DNA of 64,000 nucleotides from Adineta vaga (Eukaryota > Animalia > Rotifera): assembly GCA_021613535.1 (NCBI GenBank), contig CP075494.1, positions 930,001-994,000 of the forward strand, in the 5' to 3' direction. The translations under genes were made by a program, and so were the position numbers. Under the pieces are notes generated by a model. It was not told the DNA's origin. It did not search any database and saw nothing but the letters and a program-made list of their open reading frames with translations. Each line of letters starts with the position of its first letter. The stretch's first letter is position 1. Positions 36,144 to 48,244 of this stretch are shown piece after piece.

Positions 36144-37117
36144 AATGCTAAATAAATAATGAAAAATAGTTTAGAATGTTTCTGAAGTGACTTGCTCGAA
36201 TCATAAAATTAACCTTTTCGTTTCAAGTAAATATACGTTAATAAAAAAAGTAATTCAAATAACCATATTTATAGAAAAAAGAACAGAACAATCTATAACA
36301 CTAACAAATGTGTAACATTCTATTCGATGAGTCATCGACAATGATTCATCCAATCATAAAGAGAACACATATAGCAAAGGAAAAGAACAGAACGCAAGAA
36401 TACGTAGGCAACTATATGTGTAACGGAAAAGGATGTGTTCAGCCTAAACAGAAAAAAAATACATATTTATGCACACGCACTCATATATATATATAGATGA
36501 AAGAAAACCGAAATGAAACATATCGGAGGAACAGCAAAAATATCCTTAAAAGAGGATGAAAAATGTTATGAAACTTAATCCTTACCGCTATCTTATACAG
36601 CGAAACAATATAGAAGATTGAACGGGGCAGGCAGTAGATTTACAAAGAAATATATGTAATAAATCTAGTTAATTCAGTTTGCCTGATGAAGAAAAACGGT
36701 CAAGAGAGTCTTGTTTATATAAGTTTGGACAGCCGTTTAATTATATCTACAAGCAATTTAAACAAATACGTAGTTAACGATATGTAAACAATCTTAATCT
36801 AACTCATTTTCCAGAAAACTACAAAATAATTTGATTTCAACATCTAAGCAGTGAGTAAACAAATTTACATCCACATCCTAATAGAAAAATTAAGTTAATT
36901 AATACTTTTCAATTAATATCCAATTAGAACACAGATGCCTCTCAATTATTTTACTTTTTGTAGACATATCTACACCTGCGTTTACTTCAGAACAGGATAC
37001 AAGAAAAATACTCAACCTTTTCATGTGAGCATTTCCTCTTCAATATCTAAAAATTATTAATTATGTAATTCATCGGAATGTTTATTATTACTATTATTCC
37101 TGAACACCCATTTCGGA

Positions 37118-37660
37118 ATGACTACAACCAACAGTCAAATCGGTCATGATCCAAACGAAGCATCATTTGAAAATAATGGAAACGAGTCTACCTTCAATCA
37201 ATTCTTCGCCAATGAAATGATAACTACAAGTCAATCATTATCAGTTATATTTAATCCTGTAAATATGGTTCCAAGTCAACTACCAGCAATTACGAACACC
37301 TCCGGACAGAATTCTCTAAACCGAAGACAACAAGGACCACGAAGTTTACAACACCGATACTACCAACAACTACATCGACGAAGCTATCGTTAACGTCGAA
37401 GTGCACAAAGAAGACAGGAACAATATGAGCAATGGTATGAAGGTCAACATCAACGGCAACTAGAACGCGAACAAAATCGGCAACAGCAACTACAAACAAC
37501 AATGGACCGTTGGGAACAAGACTAAATCAATGAACTTGCAGGAATGCAAGAGGAAGTCCAACAACTTGATGAAATTGATGCCGCTGAAAGATGAAAAGAG
37601 GAGAAAGAACAAAATGAAGTGCAACAATGTGATAAGGGAAGATCAACACTAGAGTAATGA
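37118..37660 (+). pseudogene. Degenerate Q/R/E-rich low-complexity ORF, paralogue of 38316-38957
   Basis: MTTTNSQIGHDPNE aligns with MDTNNSQLGCTPSE; several in-frame stops downstream. Confidence 0.5.
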
Positions 37661-38315
37661 GAAGATATCACATTTTTATTTCAATAATTCAATACAATCC
37701 AAATTACTTTTAAACTCAACTTTTATCTTACAATCATCACGGTGCTATATAGACTTCCATTACAACTATATATTTCATCTTCGATATCTATAATTCAACA
37801 TTCCTATTGTGATCACCATTTCAATTCTATTCTCTATAAACTGAAAGCATTTGAATAGAGTAAAGTGTTCTCTTATGTTTATTAATATTCTTCAAATTCA
37901 CTCCATATTCACCATTTAAAATTGTTTAATTTACATTTTATATTCTAGATACATGTACGATTCCATTTAATTTTCTACAAAGGATATTGAATTACTTTAC
38001 ATCAATATTATATCTACATCTAAGCAACTCTCAACACACGAATCACTTATATTTTTATTTCAATTTTCAACTGTTCGACGTAAATCGTAGACCATTAATT
38101 ATTATTCCAAAAAATAAATAGAACCATCATTCTGGTAACTGTTTATATCCTAAATGTATTTAGCTTCTGTTATATGTTATAGATATATACGATTTAATTC
38201 AGTTTCGTCTGAAAAAGATATCATATTCTTTAACGTAAACTCCGCTTCAATATTTATAAAAAGCATGTAAAGGTCGAAGTTGTTCTTTCTTATGTTCAAA
38301 CGTTTATTTTAGAAT

Positions 38316-38957
38316 ATGGATACAAATAACAGTCAGCTCGGATGTACTCCATCAGAACCATTAATTTCAAATAATGAGAACCAATCCAATATTGATCTAC
38401 TGATATCTGTCGAGAATGGAACTGTAAACCGACCATTCACACAACTTACAACAACTGATAGAATTTCGAGTCGACTATCAACAATTCAAGCTCCTCAACG
38501 ATACGATAGTACACTCAGACCACGACATGCACGACGAGGTAGACCATATCACTCTCGACACGAACAGCGACGGCTTCGAATGCAGCATATCAGTAGTCAA
38601 AGATATGAACGATCTATTGAATACCAATGTCCAAATAGAGATCGATCACCGCACCACAATGGTAAATTTCAATATCATCAGTCATTCGTCAATCGAACAG
38701 ATCGAGTGACTTACAGAACACATTTACCAATGATACAGGACGAAATTGAGCAGATAAATCAAACTCAAACGGTCGAAAACGAACAACAAAAACAAGAACA
38801 ATTTCGACGTGACGATTTGGAACAAGATCAATTGAACGAACATCGTGGAATAACTATTCCACAAGATATAGAAATAGTAGAAAACGAAATCGAACAAATG
38901 GATCAAATTAATATGACACATGCCGTACACCAAAAAGAAGAAGAAGAGCATCAATGA
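38316..38957 (+). CDS. Hypothetical disordered protein (R-rich middle, E/Q-rich C-terminus)
   Basis: 213-aa ORF with a TTTTAG acceptor just before the ATG; tandem paralogue upstream. Confidence 0.5.
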   Translation: MDTNNSQLGCTPSEPLISNNENQSNIDLLISVENGTVNRPFTQLTTTDRISSRLSTIQAPQRYDSTLRPRHARRGRPYHSRHEQRRLRMQHISSQRYERSIEYQCPNRDRSPHHNGKFQYHQSFVNRTDRVTYRTHLPMIQDEIEQINQTQTVENEQQKQEQFRRDDLEQDQLNEHRGITIPQDIEIVENEIEQMDQINMTHAVHQKEEEEHQ

Positions 38958-39539
38958 AATACGGAACAATTTATACAGTTGCAGTAATGGGAACATATAA
39001 TAATCTTGACTAATTAATCAAATCGACACTAGATATACGGTTTACTCCATCATATAATTCATCGCTAATCTCATATTTCTCATAAATATTCACTCACCCA
39101 AGATTAATCCAATCAATATCATATCAGTTTATCAATGTTCTGAAACAATATTCACCTTATTCTAATCCAATTCAATTTATAAACCATTTCAAACAAACTT
39201 TGTCAAAACACGAAAACTATATGTAACTGATAAAAAACACCACGAAAATTTTTAGAATAAATCTTCGCTAATACTCAAAAGTTTTCATCATTTTAAAATA
39301 GATTTTCGCTCAAGTAGTTTTTTTTCAAATTTTATATCACTTGCATGTAGCAATTAATATTATCCGCAAATCATCGTAGCTGAAATAAAACCAATTATGA
39401 TACCCATGACAGACTCGAATCCTAAAGATCAGTTTATTTTTGACTTATCTTTATCGATCAACTTTATCCTGAATTTTGTTTTCGGTTTTTCTTCAGATTT
39501 TTTGGTCTAATCGTTTACTTTTATTGTTTTGGAAACAAC

Positions 39540-39968
39540 ATGACTAATTACTATATATTTCGTAACGACATTAATTTCTATGGATTTCATCGACCACTCA
39601 ACTATTCTGATATATTTAACAACGATATGGACGAACATCTAGCGCAATTATATCTACATCGAATGAAAATCAAACCACTTCGAGTGAATCGTACGGTAGC
39701 TCCATTCGCTGAAGGTTGCCCTCTTGCAAACACAACTACTTCGATGTTTAATCGAACTCAATTGTTTACACATTCTTTATCAAATAAGTATTTTACAGAT
39801 CTGGCACAAAAATATCGACAAACTATTATCATTAGTCTAATATTGGTTTTCATGCTTTTACTCTTACTTACCTTTATTGTAAGCAGACTTCTCTCGGGCA
39901 AAAGCAAGTCTTTTTCACCAACATCATTATTGGATAGTAAGTTTCTTCAATTTGTTTCTCGGTTTTGA
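39540..39968 (+). CDS. Hypothetical single-pass membrane protein (terminal exon or fragment)
   Basis: Hydrophobic segment TIIISLILVFMLLLLLTFIV; CAG acceptor at ~39497. Confidence 0.4.
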   Translation: MTNYYIFRNDINFYGFHRPLNYSDIFNNDMDEHLAQLYLHRMKIKPLRVNRTVAPFAEGCPLANTTTSMFNRTQLFTHSLSNKYFTDLAQKYRQTIIISLILVFMLLLLLTFIVSRLLSGKSKSFSPTSLLDSKFLQFVSRF

Positions 39969-41498
39969 TGCTTATACCAAAGAATGAATGAAACTATATG
40001 CAAACATACCTATATAGATGTATACACAGATATACCCATAGCAAATGATCCCAGATTTATGCACTACATTGATTGTATCTCGCAGTATTCGGATGAAATA
40101 AGCATGCTCAACGAGCAAGAAAATAGATGGAAAGAAAAAGTAAGTAAAATCAAAATGTTTTCGTTTTTTCTTCTTACTTAAAATTACTTTATCACAATCA
40201 TAGATCATCAAATCATATGATTACGATTATCTTCCATGTCATTTTGATCAATAACCGTGTCGCGGCCTTCAAGATAATTCGAATACAATATACACAAAGC
40301 CTCTAATAACAACATTCAATTAAACATTTAAATGACGTTGTTCGATTTCTCTTTTGTTTTTCTCGTAAATGCCTAAAATTCATAGTATCTAGTCGTAGAA
40401 AGTACCATTCTAACAATTTACTAATATGAAACTTTTCTCTTTCAGATATTTCAAACATATTTATCTTTCTATCTATACATTATTAACATATGGCATTTTA
40501 TCAAAAACCAGGATGGGATCAACTATTAAAAGTAATCTTTAAGAGAAAAGAATTACTAGGTGAATTAGCTGACGAATTAGAAATAAAAAGCGACTTTATT
40601 AATTTTTAAAATCAATCACATCTCGTTTTCATTACAATGATGAGTGAAAATATCGATGATATCATCGAATCATATAATAACGATTCAAAAAAAATACCGA
40701 CTGACTATACTCTTAATAATAGTAAAAATAATTTCCTTATAAGTCTCATATTAATTATAAACACTGAATAAAACAAATTATTTAATCTATTTTGCTCAGG
40801 TTAATATGGTTCTTCTAGATACTCTTCACTGTTAAAATAATCTTTTTTATGGAACAAATGTTCGATCATCATGAATCCAAATAATCAAATTAAAGTAGCA
40901 TTTCTAATTGTTTGCGTTAATAAAAGAAAGTTTATGAAGTTTTTCAAACAAAAACTACAGTGTGTAAAAGCTGATTATGTGATTGGTGAATAACTTCGAA
41001 ATATAGATCTGATTCAATAAAGCACCCAAAATCAGATTTTAGGATTGACATACCTAAACAAATATATAAAGTGAACGTTTTAGTAACACATATACACTTC
41101 TCTATCTAGTCAGAGGAATGTAAGAAAATCATCTCAGAAAATGCCAACCAACGTCACACTATCACAACTCATTGCAATAAATATACCATATTAAAAATAA
41201 TTTCAAACCAACACAAAAGAATTCCACTCAATGAATTTCTTACCCAACAACGTTCACCTTTCCCCTTTCGAAACTTGGATGATTTCCTCACTTCAATTCT
41301 CATTACAACAAAACAACAAAACCTTCTTCTCATTTGTGATACTTCCCAGTGTACACACCTATGTTAACTTTATCATTTTTCATAAATTATGCGGTACCAT
41401 TAGGTGTAGCGTATTTTGGTGATTATCGAATGATAAACAAATTCATATGATCTAAAGTCTTCCTAGCTGAGGATGAAATCTAGATTATGGTAGCTAGT

Positions 41499-41718
41499 AC
41501 ACACCCCACACCCACACCCACACCCTATTTAGATGTTCAAGTCGTTTAGATTTCATCCTTAGGTAACAAGTAGACGGCTCAATGAAGTATGAAAAACTTG
41601 AGAAACACTTATGCTCTCGCACCTTTCTTTCAGAACTTTGATCGTGGGTGTAGGTGTACTATTAGTCAGTTATCTATACCCACACACACGTCCACACTCA
41701 CACCCACGCCCACACTCA
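41499..41718. repeat. Telomeric C-arm (41499-41526) and fold-back unit (41644-41718)
   Basis: ACACCCCACACCCACACCCACACCC; GTGGGTGTAGGTGT-spacer-ACCCACACACACGTCCACACTCACACCC. Confidence 0.85.
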
Positions 41719-41858
41719 ATTTTCGTATGTGTCGTAACCGAGAATAGATAAGATGAAAGATTATTTTTAGCTGTCTCGAAAACTCACGTTGAGCTCACAT
41801 TATTCGCCACATCTTCGCTCTCATTTCTGAGCAAAATAAATTACAACTCGGTTTTTTT

Positions 41859-44098
41859 TCAGAACAGTGATTGACGAAAACCAACCACCTGATTAACTAT
41901 ATGTTCACTCGATGTAATATAGTATTGTTTGGCTAATGTAACCAAACTGTCAGCCGCAATGTTTGTAATTTCACTGCCCTGATCCAGAAGGGTGATGAAG
42001 AATTCATGATCTAGTGGATCGTTTAGATAATCAGTCAGTACTGCGTATTGAAGAATATCGATGAATTGCTCTGCAATAATCTGAATAAAAGAAAAAGCAA
42101 TATAGTACGAACTTGTCGACAATATAACAACTCGGATAACTGTCATACCTTTTGAATATGACCAGTATTCATGTTCAAATAGGCGAAGAACCGAATAATC
42201 TTAGTCCATTGCTCTCGGATCGAATTAATCTGTCTGACCAACTCCAACAGTGGATTCATCGTTCCTTCAGAATTCAATGCTCTCGAAGTGAATATTGCCA
42301 TTTCATCAATGAACTTAGTTAACTCATTTTCTTTGGAAAACTGCTGTCGGATACGTCGATTATGGACTTTTTCGATTTTCCGCATTTGCTCTCGATGAGG
42401 TTCATTTATTCTGATGACATTTTTAAACTTGGTATTCTGGATTGTTGGTGATAAATTTTTCAATTTGTTGTACATCCAACTGACTGCGGAAACAGAAGCG
42501 AATATTTTATCGATGCTGAAATCAATATTATCACCGAACAAGTTCGATTCATTATCGACAACAGTAGATGCAGACGAATCGGTGATGTGTTGGGTTGCTT
42601 CTCCATACACTTTCTCCGCGCTAGTAAGAACATTTGTGAATGCAGGATATTGACTGTCAATGTTGTTGTTATTGTTTTGAAAATACGGCAGGTCGACAGA
42701 AGCCGGAGCTTTTTGCGTTCGTATGTGAGGAATGACTGCTATGTGCGACGCATGAGTCGTAATACTCAGTTCAATAACTTCATCCAATAAATCAAAGACA
42801 GAGAAGAAACGCTGAAGAGTCGATCTCGTCACATCGACAATTTCGACACCCACCTGGCTGAGACTTTCGCTTGTACGTGGTAACATCAACTTACGCATGG
42901 TGTCTGATGCCGAAGTAGCAAATTTTACAGCTGCTTTTACATGTGTTGGAACTTGCTGGGCGATCGACTGAATTCGATGCGTTGCAGTATTAGCAATTGT
43001 TAGAGCATTGTGCATATCAGAATTCAGTTGAACAAGAGTAGCACGGATGCTATTTGGATGTCTATTTCAAATAAAGTTTTAAAATAGCCGTAAACTGATG
43101 AAATACTATTTCCTTTTACTTTATATACTTATAGACATATGCGAAAGGTGTCTGAAATGGAAAATCTAGTTTGTCAGCAATCACCATCAAGTTATCCATA
43201 TGATTGAAAAGAATCGGAACTGATGTCAACAAAGTTTGCAGTTCATCATCCATATATTTCTGATACATTAGCTGATCGTCCAGGAAGAGATAGAAAACGT
43301 CGTTGATAGTAGGAAGTAGAGTACCTAGAAAGGAAAAATACTCGTTAAATTAATGTTCGTGAAACATGAACGTGATAATTTCTGCGGCCAATTGTCGCTT
43401 TTGATGTTTATTACTATCGAGATCGATGACAGAATGATTTCTTAAAGATAATGGTGAAAATGGGTATGGGTATGGGTGTGGGAGTGAGTGGGGTGTGGTA
43501 TAAATATTATATCCATCCCGCATTCACACGCCCGCCCACCCTCGCTCACATACACACCCTCACCCACACCCACACCCTCAAGATGGTGGATATGGATGTG
43601 AGCGCTATATTCATCTTCCACCCACCCAACCACTGCATACTCAGATCCACACCTACAAGATTTGTACTAAGGTTTTTATGAAAAATTGAGCTCTCTCATT
43701 CAGTAGCTATGTTACAGTGAAGTATTCTATGTCGAATTGTGCTACTCAATTGAATATGATATTGGGAGTTGTCATATCTTGTTCTTAACTGAAAATCGAG
43801 TTTTTCTTCAGAACTAAAAGTCGTAACAGGGGTAGAGTTTAAAACATTTTTCATCTCGTATAATTATAAGGAAGTCGTTTTGAAGGTATTTATATATCAT
43901 TTTACCGTTTTTTTTCCAGTCTTGTTTGCTATCGTTTATTGTTGGAACAGTAACGATCTCTCTGGTACTAACATGTGAAGCCGATTTGATATAAACATCG
44001 AATAAGGGAACTCCATCTGTGTTCAAGAACAATATATTAGCTGCTGATTGTGCACAGGTTGATACGATCATCATCATCTTCAGTCCGAAAAGCAACAT
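41859..44098 (-). CDS. Secreted alpha-helical protein, paralogue A (3' end possibly degenerate)
   Basis: Exon 1 MLLFGLKMMMIVSTCAQS (from 44098) with a phase-1 intron to 43325; KYIK|HPNSIRATLVQL, LLDEVIE, IREQWTKIIRFF, LAKQY...S.EHI..QV.G all align with paralogues B and C. Confidence 0.7.
43452..43655. repeat. Two linked telomeric fold-back units inside an intron
   Basis: G-arm/C-arm ending CCCTCAAGATG, immediately followed by a second degenerate G-arm/C-arm. Confidence 0.9.
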
Positions 44099-44702
44099 GC
44101 ACAGGCATTCTGAAAAATGGCAAACAACTTTTTTAATATGACATAAGTACGGGCTCACTTAATGTCATTATTATTGCTTGAGATATAAATCGTTAAATGA
44201 ATGCTTTCGTACTTGTAAAAATTTCAAAGATATTTATGTCACAGTCGATCTGAAGCAGATGCTGGTAACCGAAAAAAGTTCGCATTGACGAAATAGGACA
44301 TGTGCTTGTTCTCTGAATATTTTTATTTATGAAGCATACAATATACTGAGTCAATATAAGATTTATAAAACAAAGTATGTATATAGTGTGTTTGGTGGGA
44401 GCACGACAGATGGGAGAAAATATTGACGTTGATATCATTGCTTCTTTCGTTGGTGTTCTTTATAAGCGAGAGCGAGTGTAGATTAATCATTTCTTCTCAA
44501 ACACCCATATCTCTTGACTTGAACGCACCAAGGCATAATTACACCCAAGCTCTTGTTTCTAGCATTGACGCAGACACTTTACACGTTGGAAAAGATCGAG
44601 AATTTGTAACGTGTCTTTTTCTTGCAAAACAAATCCTCTTCAAAATAATAGAAGTTTGCTACTTAAGTCCTCTTTCCAATCTCTGAAAAAATGTTCTCGA
44701 TT

Positions 44703-44771
44703 TGGGTGTGCACGTGGGTGTGAGCGATGCAGGTGTCGGTATAGTTACTTAGATTTATTTTGCACCCACCC
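44703..44771. repeat. Degenerate telomeric fold-back unit
   Basis: TGGGTGTGCACGTGGGTGTGAG...GGTGTCGGT-spacer-CACCCACCC. Confidence 0.7.
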
Positions 44772-45894
44772 TAAATCTTAAAATAGAGAGCCATAAATGG
44801 TTAAACAAGAATTTGAATGGAGAACTTCCTTAGTCAAAAGAACAAAGTTGCAACACATTTGCGAATAGAATTTATCCTGTTTAAACACATTCATCTCCAT
44901 GAAATCAGGTGTCGTCAGTACCTATACGTCTGTATGTATATATGAATGAAATATATCTCAACTACTTTCAATACCACTACGTTAAATACATACTAAATAA
45001 AATAATCCCAATATATCATTAACAGCTTGCTCCAAAATCTGATTATATACAGACTTCCTTATGGTTTTAGCTTTTTCTTCTTCTCCTCTGATATTCTCCT
45101 TATGTTTAACATTTTCTGCTGTCTTGTGAACTATTGTAGCGTATGGTATAATTGACGCTTGAAGATACCTTCTCATTTCCATCGCTTTTCATCCAAGACA
45201 TTACCACTGATCAGTAGTGGGTTTAATGTAGAGATGTCGAAAGCGATTTATTTTTATATATGTAACTAGAGAGTAAATTATATCATATGCTCTTAATCAA
45301 AGTCTATCGAAAGTGGTAGTGCAGTATTTCCTTCAAAAAAGGGCCAGCGAGGCCGTAGGATAAGCGCTACTTGCCTCATAACTAATCGAAATTAAGGAAA
45401 TCGAACACTGATCGAGAAACTTCGACTATCGGTACAATTGATCATTGTATCCAGTTTGAAATACTTATCAGTTAACCATTTCGCCCGTTAAACAATACAT
45501 CTATGCACTGCCAGGATGAGTAGCACTTTTGCGAATCTATTTAAATGTAGGAAGAAACACTAAGACGTTAAGACCCTTCTCATCGATCACTGTTTTCGCT
45601 GAAAAATGGTTACATTGCTTCGTATCTGACAATCAATCTTAATACCCACAACGCTAAAGCCTCACGTAATGAGAAAAAATTTATCTCTAATTCATCAATT
45701 ATATATCTTCATATTCTTATTCAACAAATTGTTTTCAAGTGAAAAATACGATTACCTTCTGACAAATAGTCGTTTCCATCGTAATCATCTCTTATAGCAG
45801 TGATCATGTGTATGTAGTTTATAAAAATATAGAATTTTCGACTATCGACTATGTACCACGTGTTTTAGACTTAGCAACCACGTGTCTCGTGGTT

Positions 45895-47191
45895 ATGTCT
45901 TTCCTGTTGAATTCATTTTGTTTTCCATTAATTGGAATTATCCAAAATGGAAAAGGTAAGAGCAGCTAAGATGAGATTAGAGAAAAAGCAGAACTTATAG
46001 CATCACAAAATGTAGCCATATACAAAAACTTTTCTCATAGATACAGTTTCTGATACAAATCACCTGGTAAACAATTCGACTACACACGACAACTTTCGTA
46101 TTGAAGACCATCAGTATACCAGTAAATTCAACTGGACATCAGCTATCAGTGCAAATGCAACGATGGCTATCCCCACGACAGATGCTCTTACTAAACAGTT
46201 TCTCTCAATCGAACTGGATCATGAATGGGAAGATTTGGTGCTGGATGGAACAGCAGTTGTCAACTTTTTGGGACTGTTTATGGTGTCTGCGTCACGACGT
46301 GATATCGTTTTAACTCCACGAACAGAATACTCTATCCAGTTTATTCAAAATCCAAAGTCTTTACACGCCACACTCTCCCAAGTCGCATCAACTATGCAAA
46401 TGACTTTTCAACGTGCACATGAAGATCTTGTTCGCACTTGTCTATACATGGATCAAATTCCAGAACACATTAAGGCCGCCCTCATCCTTATAAAAACTGC
46501 ATCCAATGATCTACTTAAGAAGCTTCTACCATATACTCTACGCAACGTCGATTATGCTACTAGTGAAGCTTCAACTATTAGCAAACCGATACTATTACGC
46601 TTTGTTCAAGTGGGAAAATTGATTGATGAAGTAGTTGCAGTACTTTCATCTACTCTGTCGGGTATAGTTTCGAATATCGACGATTATTATTTTCTAAGTG
46701 AAATCGAAGTCTATGCAATTGATGTTCAGGTGAAATGGTATCTATTAGTTGAACTTTTCATCAAATTTTCGGACATAGCCGAACTTATTCGTAAAAATAC
46801 CAAACAAAACTTTGTGAACCCTGTTCAACAAACGCAAAATGGAAATGGTTTTAATATCGAGGCTGATCGGTTGGCCCATATGAGAACACTTATTCCCTCA
46901 ACGATTACTATCGATCAATTAACGCATTTGTTGCAAATGATGGCCCACACTTATGCAAATATATCTAATGAATATATGATTACACAAGTTGCTCAGGTTG
47001 GTCCCCTTCTCAATCTACAAACAACCTCGATGCGCATAACTAATCATCGTGATTTACTCCAAAAAACAGTGGTACAGTCTGTTAAAGTTGCTCGACTTAC
47101 GATGGCACAACGAAATGAACTTACTAAAGCAGATATGGGTCGCGAGAAGGAATACAAAGATTTTCTTCTAGATGCTGCCGTTGCTGCTTGA
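45895..47191 (+). CDS. Secreted alpha-helical protein, paralogue B (short form lacking the central coiled-coil insert)
   Basis: Exon 45895-45955, phase-1 intron 45956-46040, exon 46041-47191; EWEDL, ASRRD, NPKSLHATLSQVA, MAHTYANISNEYM. Confidence 0.8.
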
Positions 47192-47379
47192 TCCACTCAA
47201 TTTAGAATGAATGTAAAATCGATAAACATTTGGAAGAACGTACATATAACAACTACTTACTTTATTTATATTCATTTTTCCTCGAATAAAACTACCAAGT
47301 TATTTTGTTTTGAATAAGATATGATGAATTGATGGATGCTGGTGCGCCTTAGATGTTTCTCCATATCTTAGTCACATCG

Positions 47380-47790
47380 ATCTCCACCCGCACACAGAAG
47401 TTGTTTTTCGACACAAAAGCCCATCTCCAAGGTTAATGTGGGTAACGGTGAATAGTTAAAGATGTTCATGGTAATGTGCATCTACGTTTAGTATTCTATG
47501 TGCTTCGTTTACATTCACGAAACCTGCATTCTCTTACTTCAATGATCTCCATAAAAAGTGACAATAAATATGTGGAGGATATGGATGTGGGTATGGCTAT
47601 AAGTCTCTATAGAAAGACAATTCATATCCAAATCCTCACCCCACACCCAGACCCTCACCTCGCTCCAGTCCCTTGACTTTCATCCCAAATTCAAACCTAG
47701 ACCCTCATCCTCACCCCACACGGACACCGAGACCCTCACCCTCAAGATGTAGGTGTGGATAAAGAAGAAACAACCACTCACCCCGCACGC
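47380..47790. repeat. Degenerate compound telomeric fold-back array
   Basis: Alternating G/C arms; CCCTCAAGATG at ~47739 followed by TAGGTGTGGA-TAAAGAAGAAAC-AACCACTCACCCC. Confidence 0.8.
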
Positions 47791-48244
47791 CAATTAACAT
47801 TAGCTCAGATATTTACTCAAGTAGAATAGTTTATTGTTATTTCGAATGCAATGAAAATTAAAAAGTAAAATAAACTAGAAATTCATCAGTTTTGTTGTCT
47901 TCATTTTAGTACATGTATATTCGACTTTGGATTCAGAAGCCATATGATTCTTTTTTCGCGGAAAATACGAAGTAACGTCGTAGAACATGGAGTCTCTCGT
48001 TATTCTTTTCTTCTACTCTTTTATCGAACAGTGAATTGCTGATAAGAGCGATTTTGATTAGTGACAAACAATGAGAAAAAAACAGCTGACATTTGATTCC
48101 GCGAATAGTCGAACTTTCCACTAGGATATAAAGAAGCATTGGAATCGCATACCAATACATTCAACTATTTCTTCTCAACTATGATTTCAAGTAAGTTTTT
48201 AACTTCCACATTTTATTTAGAATTAACTTTGCCTCATAGGTAAA

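Noticed and set aside
36490-36760. Hammerhead ribozyme motifs (CTGATGA at ~36683; GATGA...GAAAC at ~36497 and ~36555; CTGAGGA at 41467)
   Set aside because: I could not build stems I-III with a correctly placed GAAA and cleavage triplet by eye. An Infernal search would be needed.
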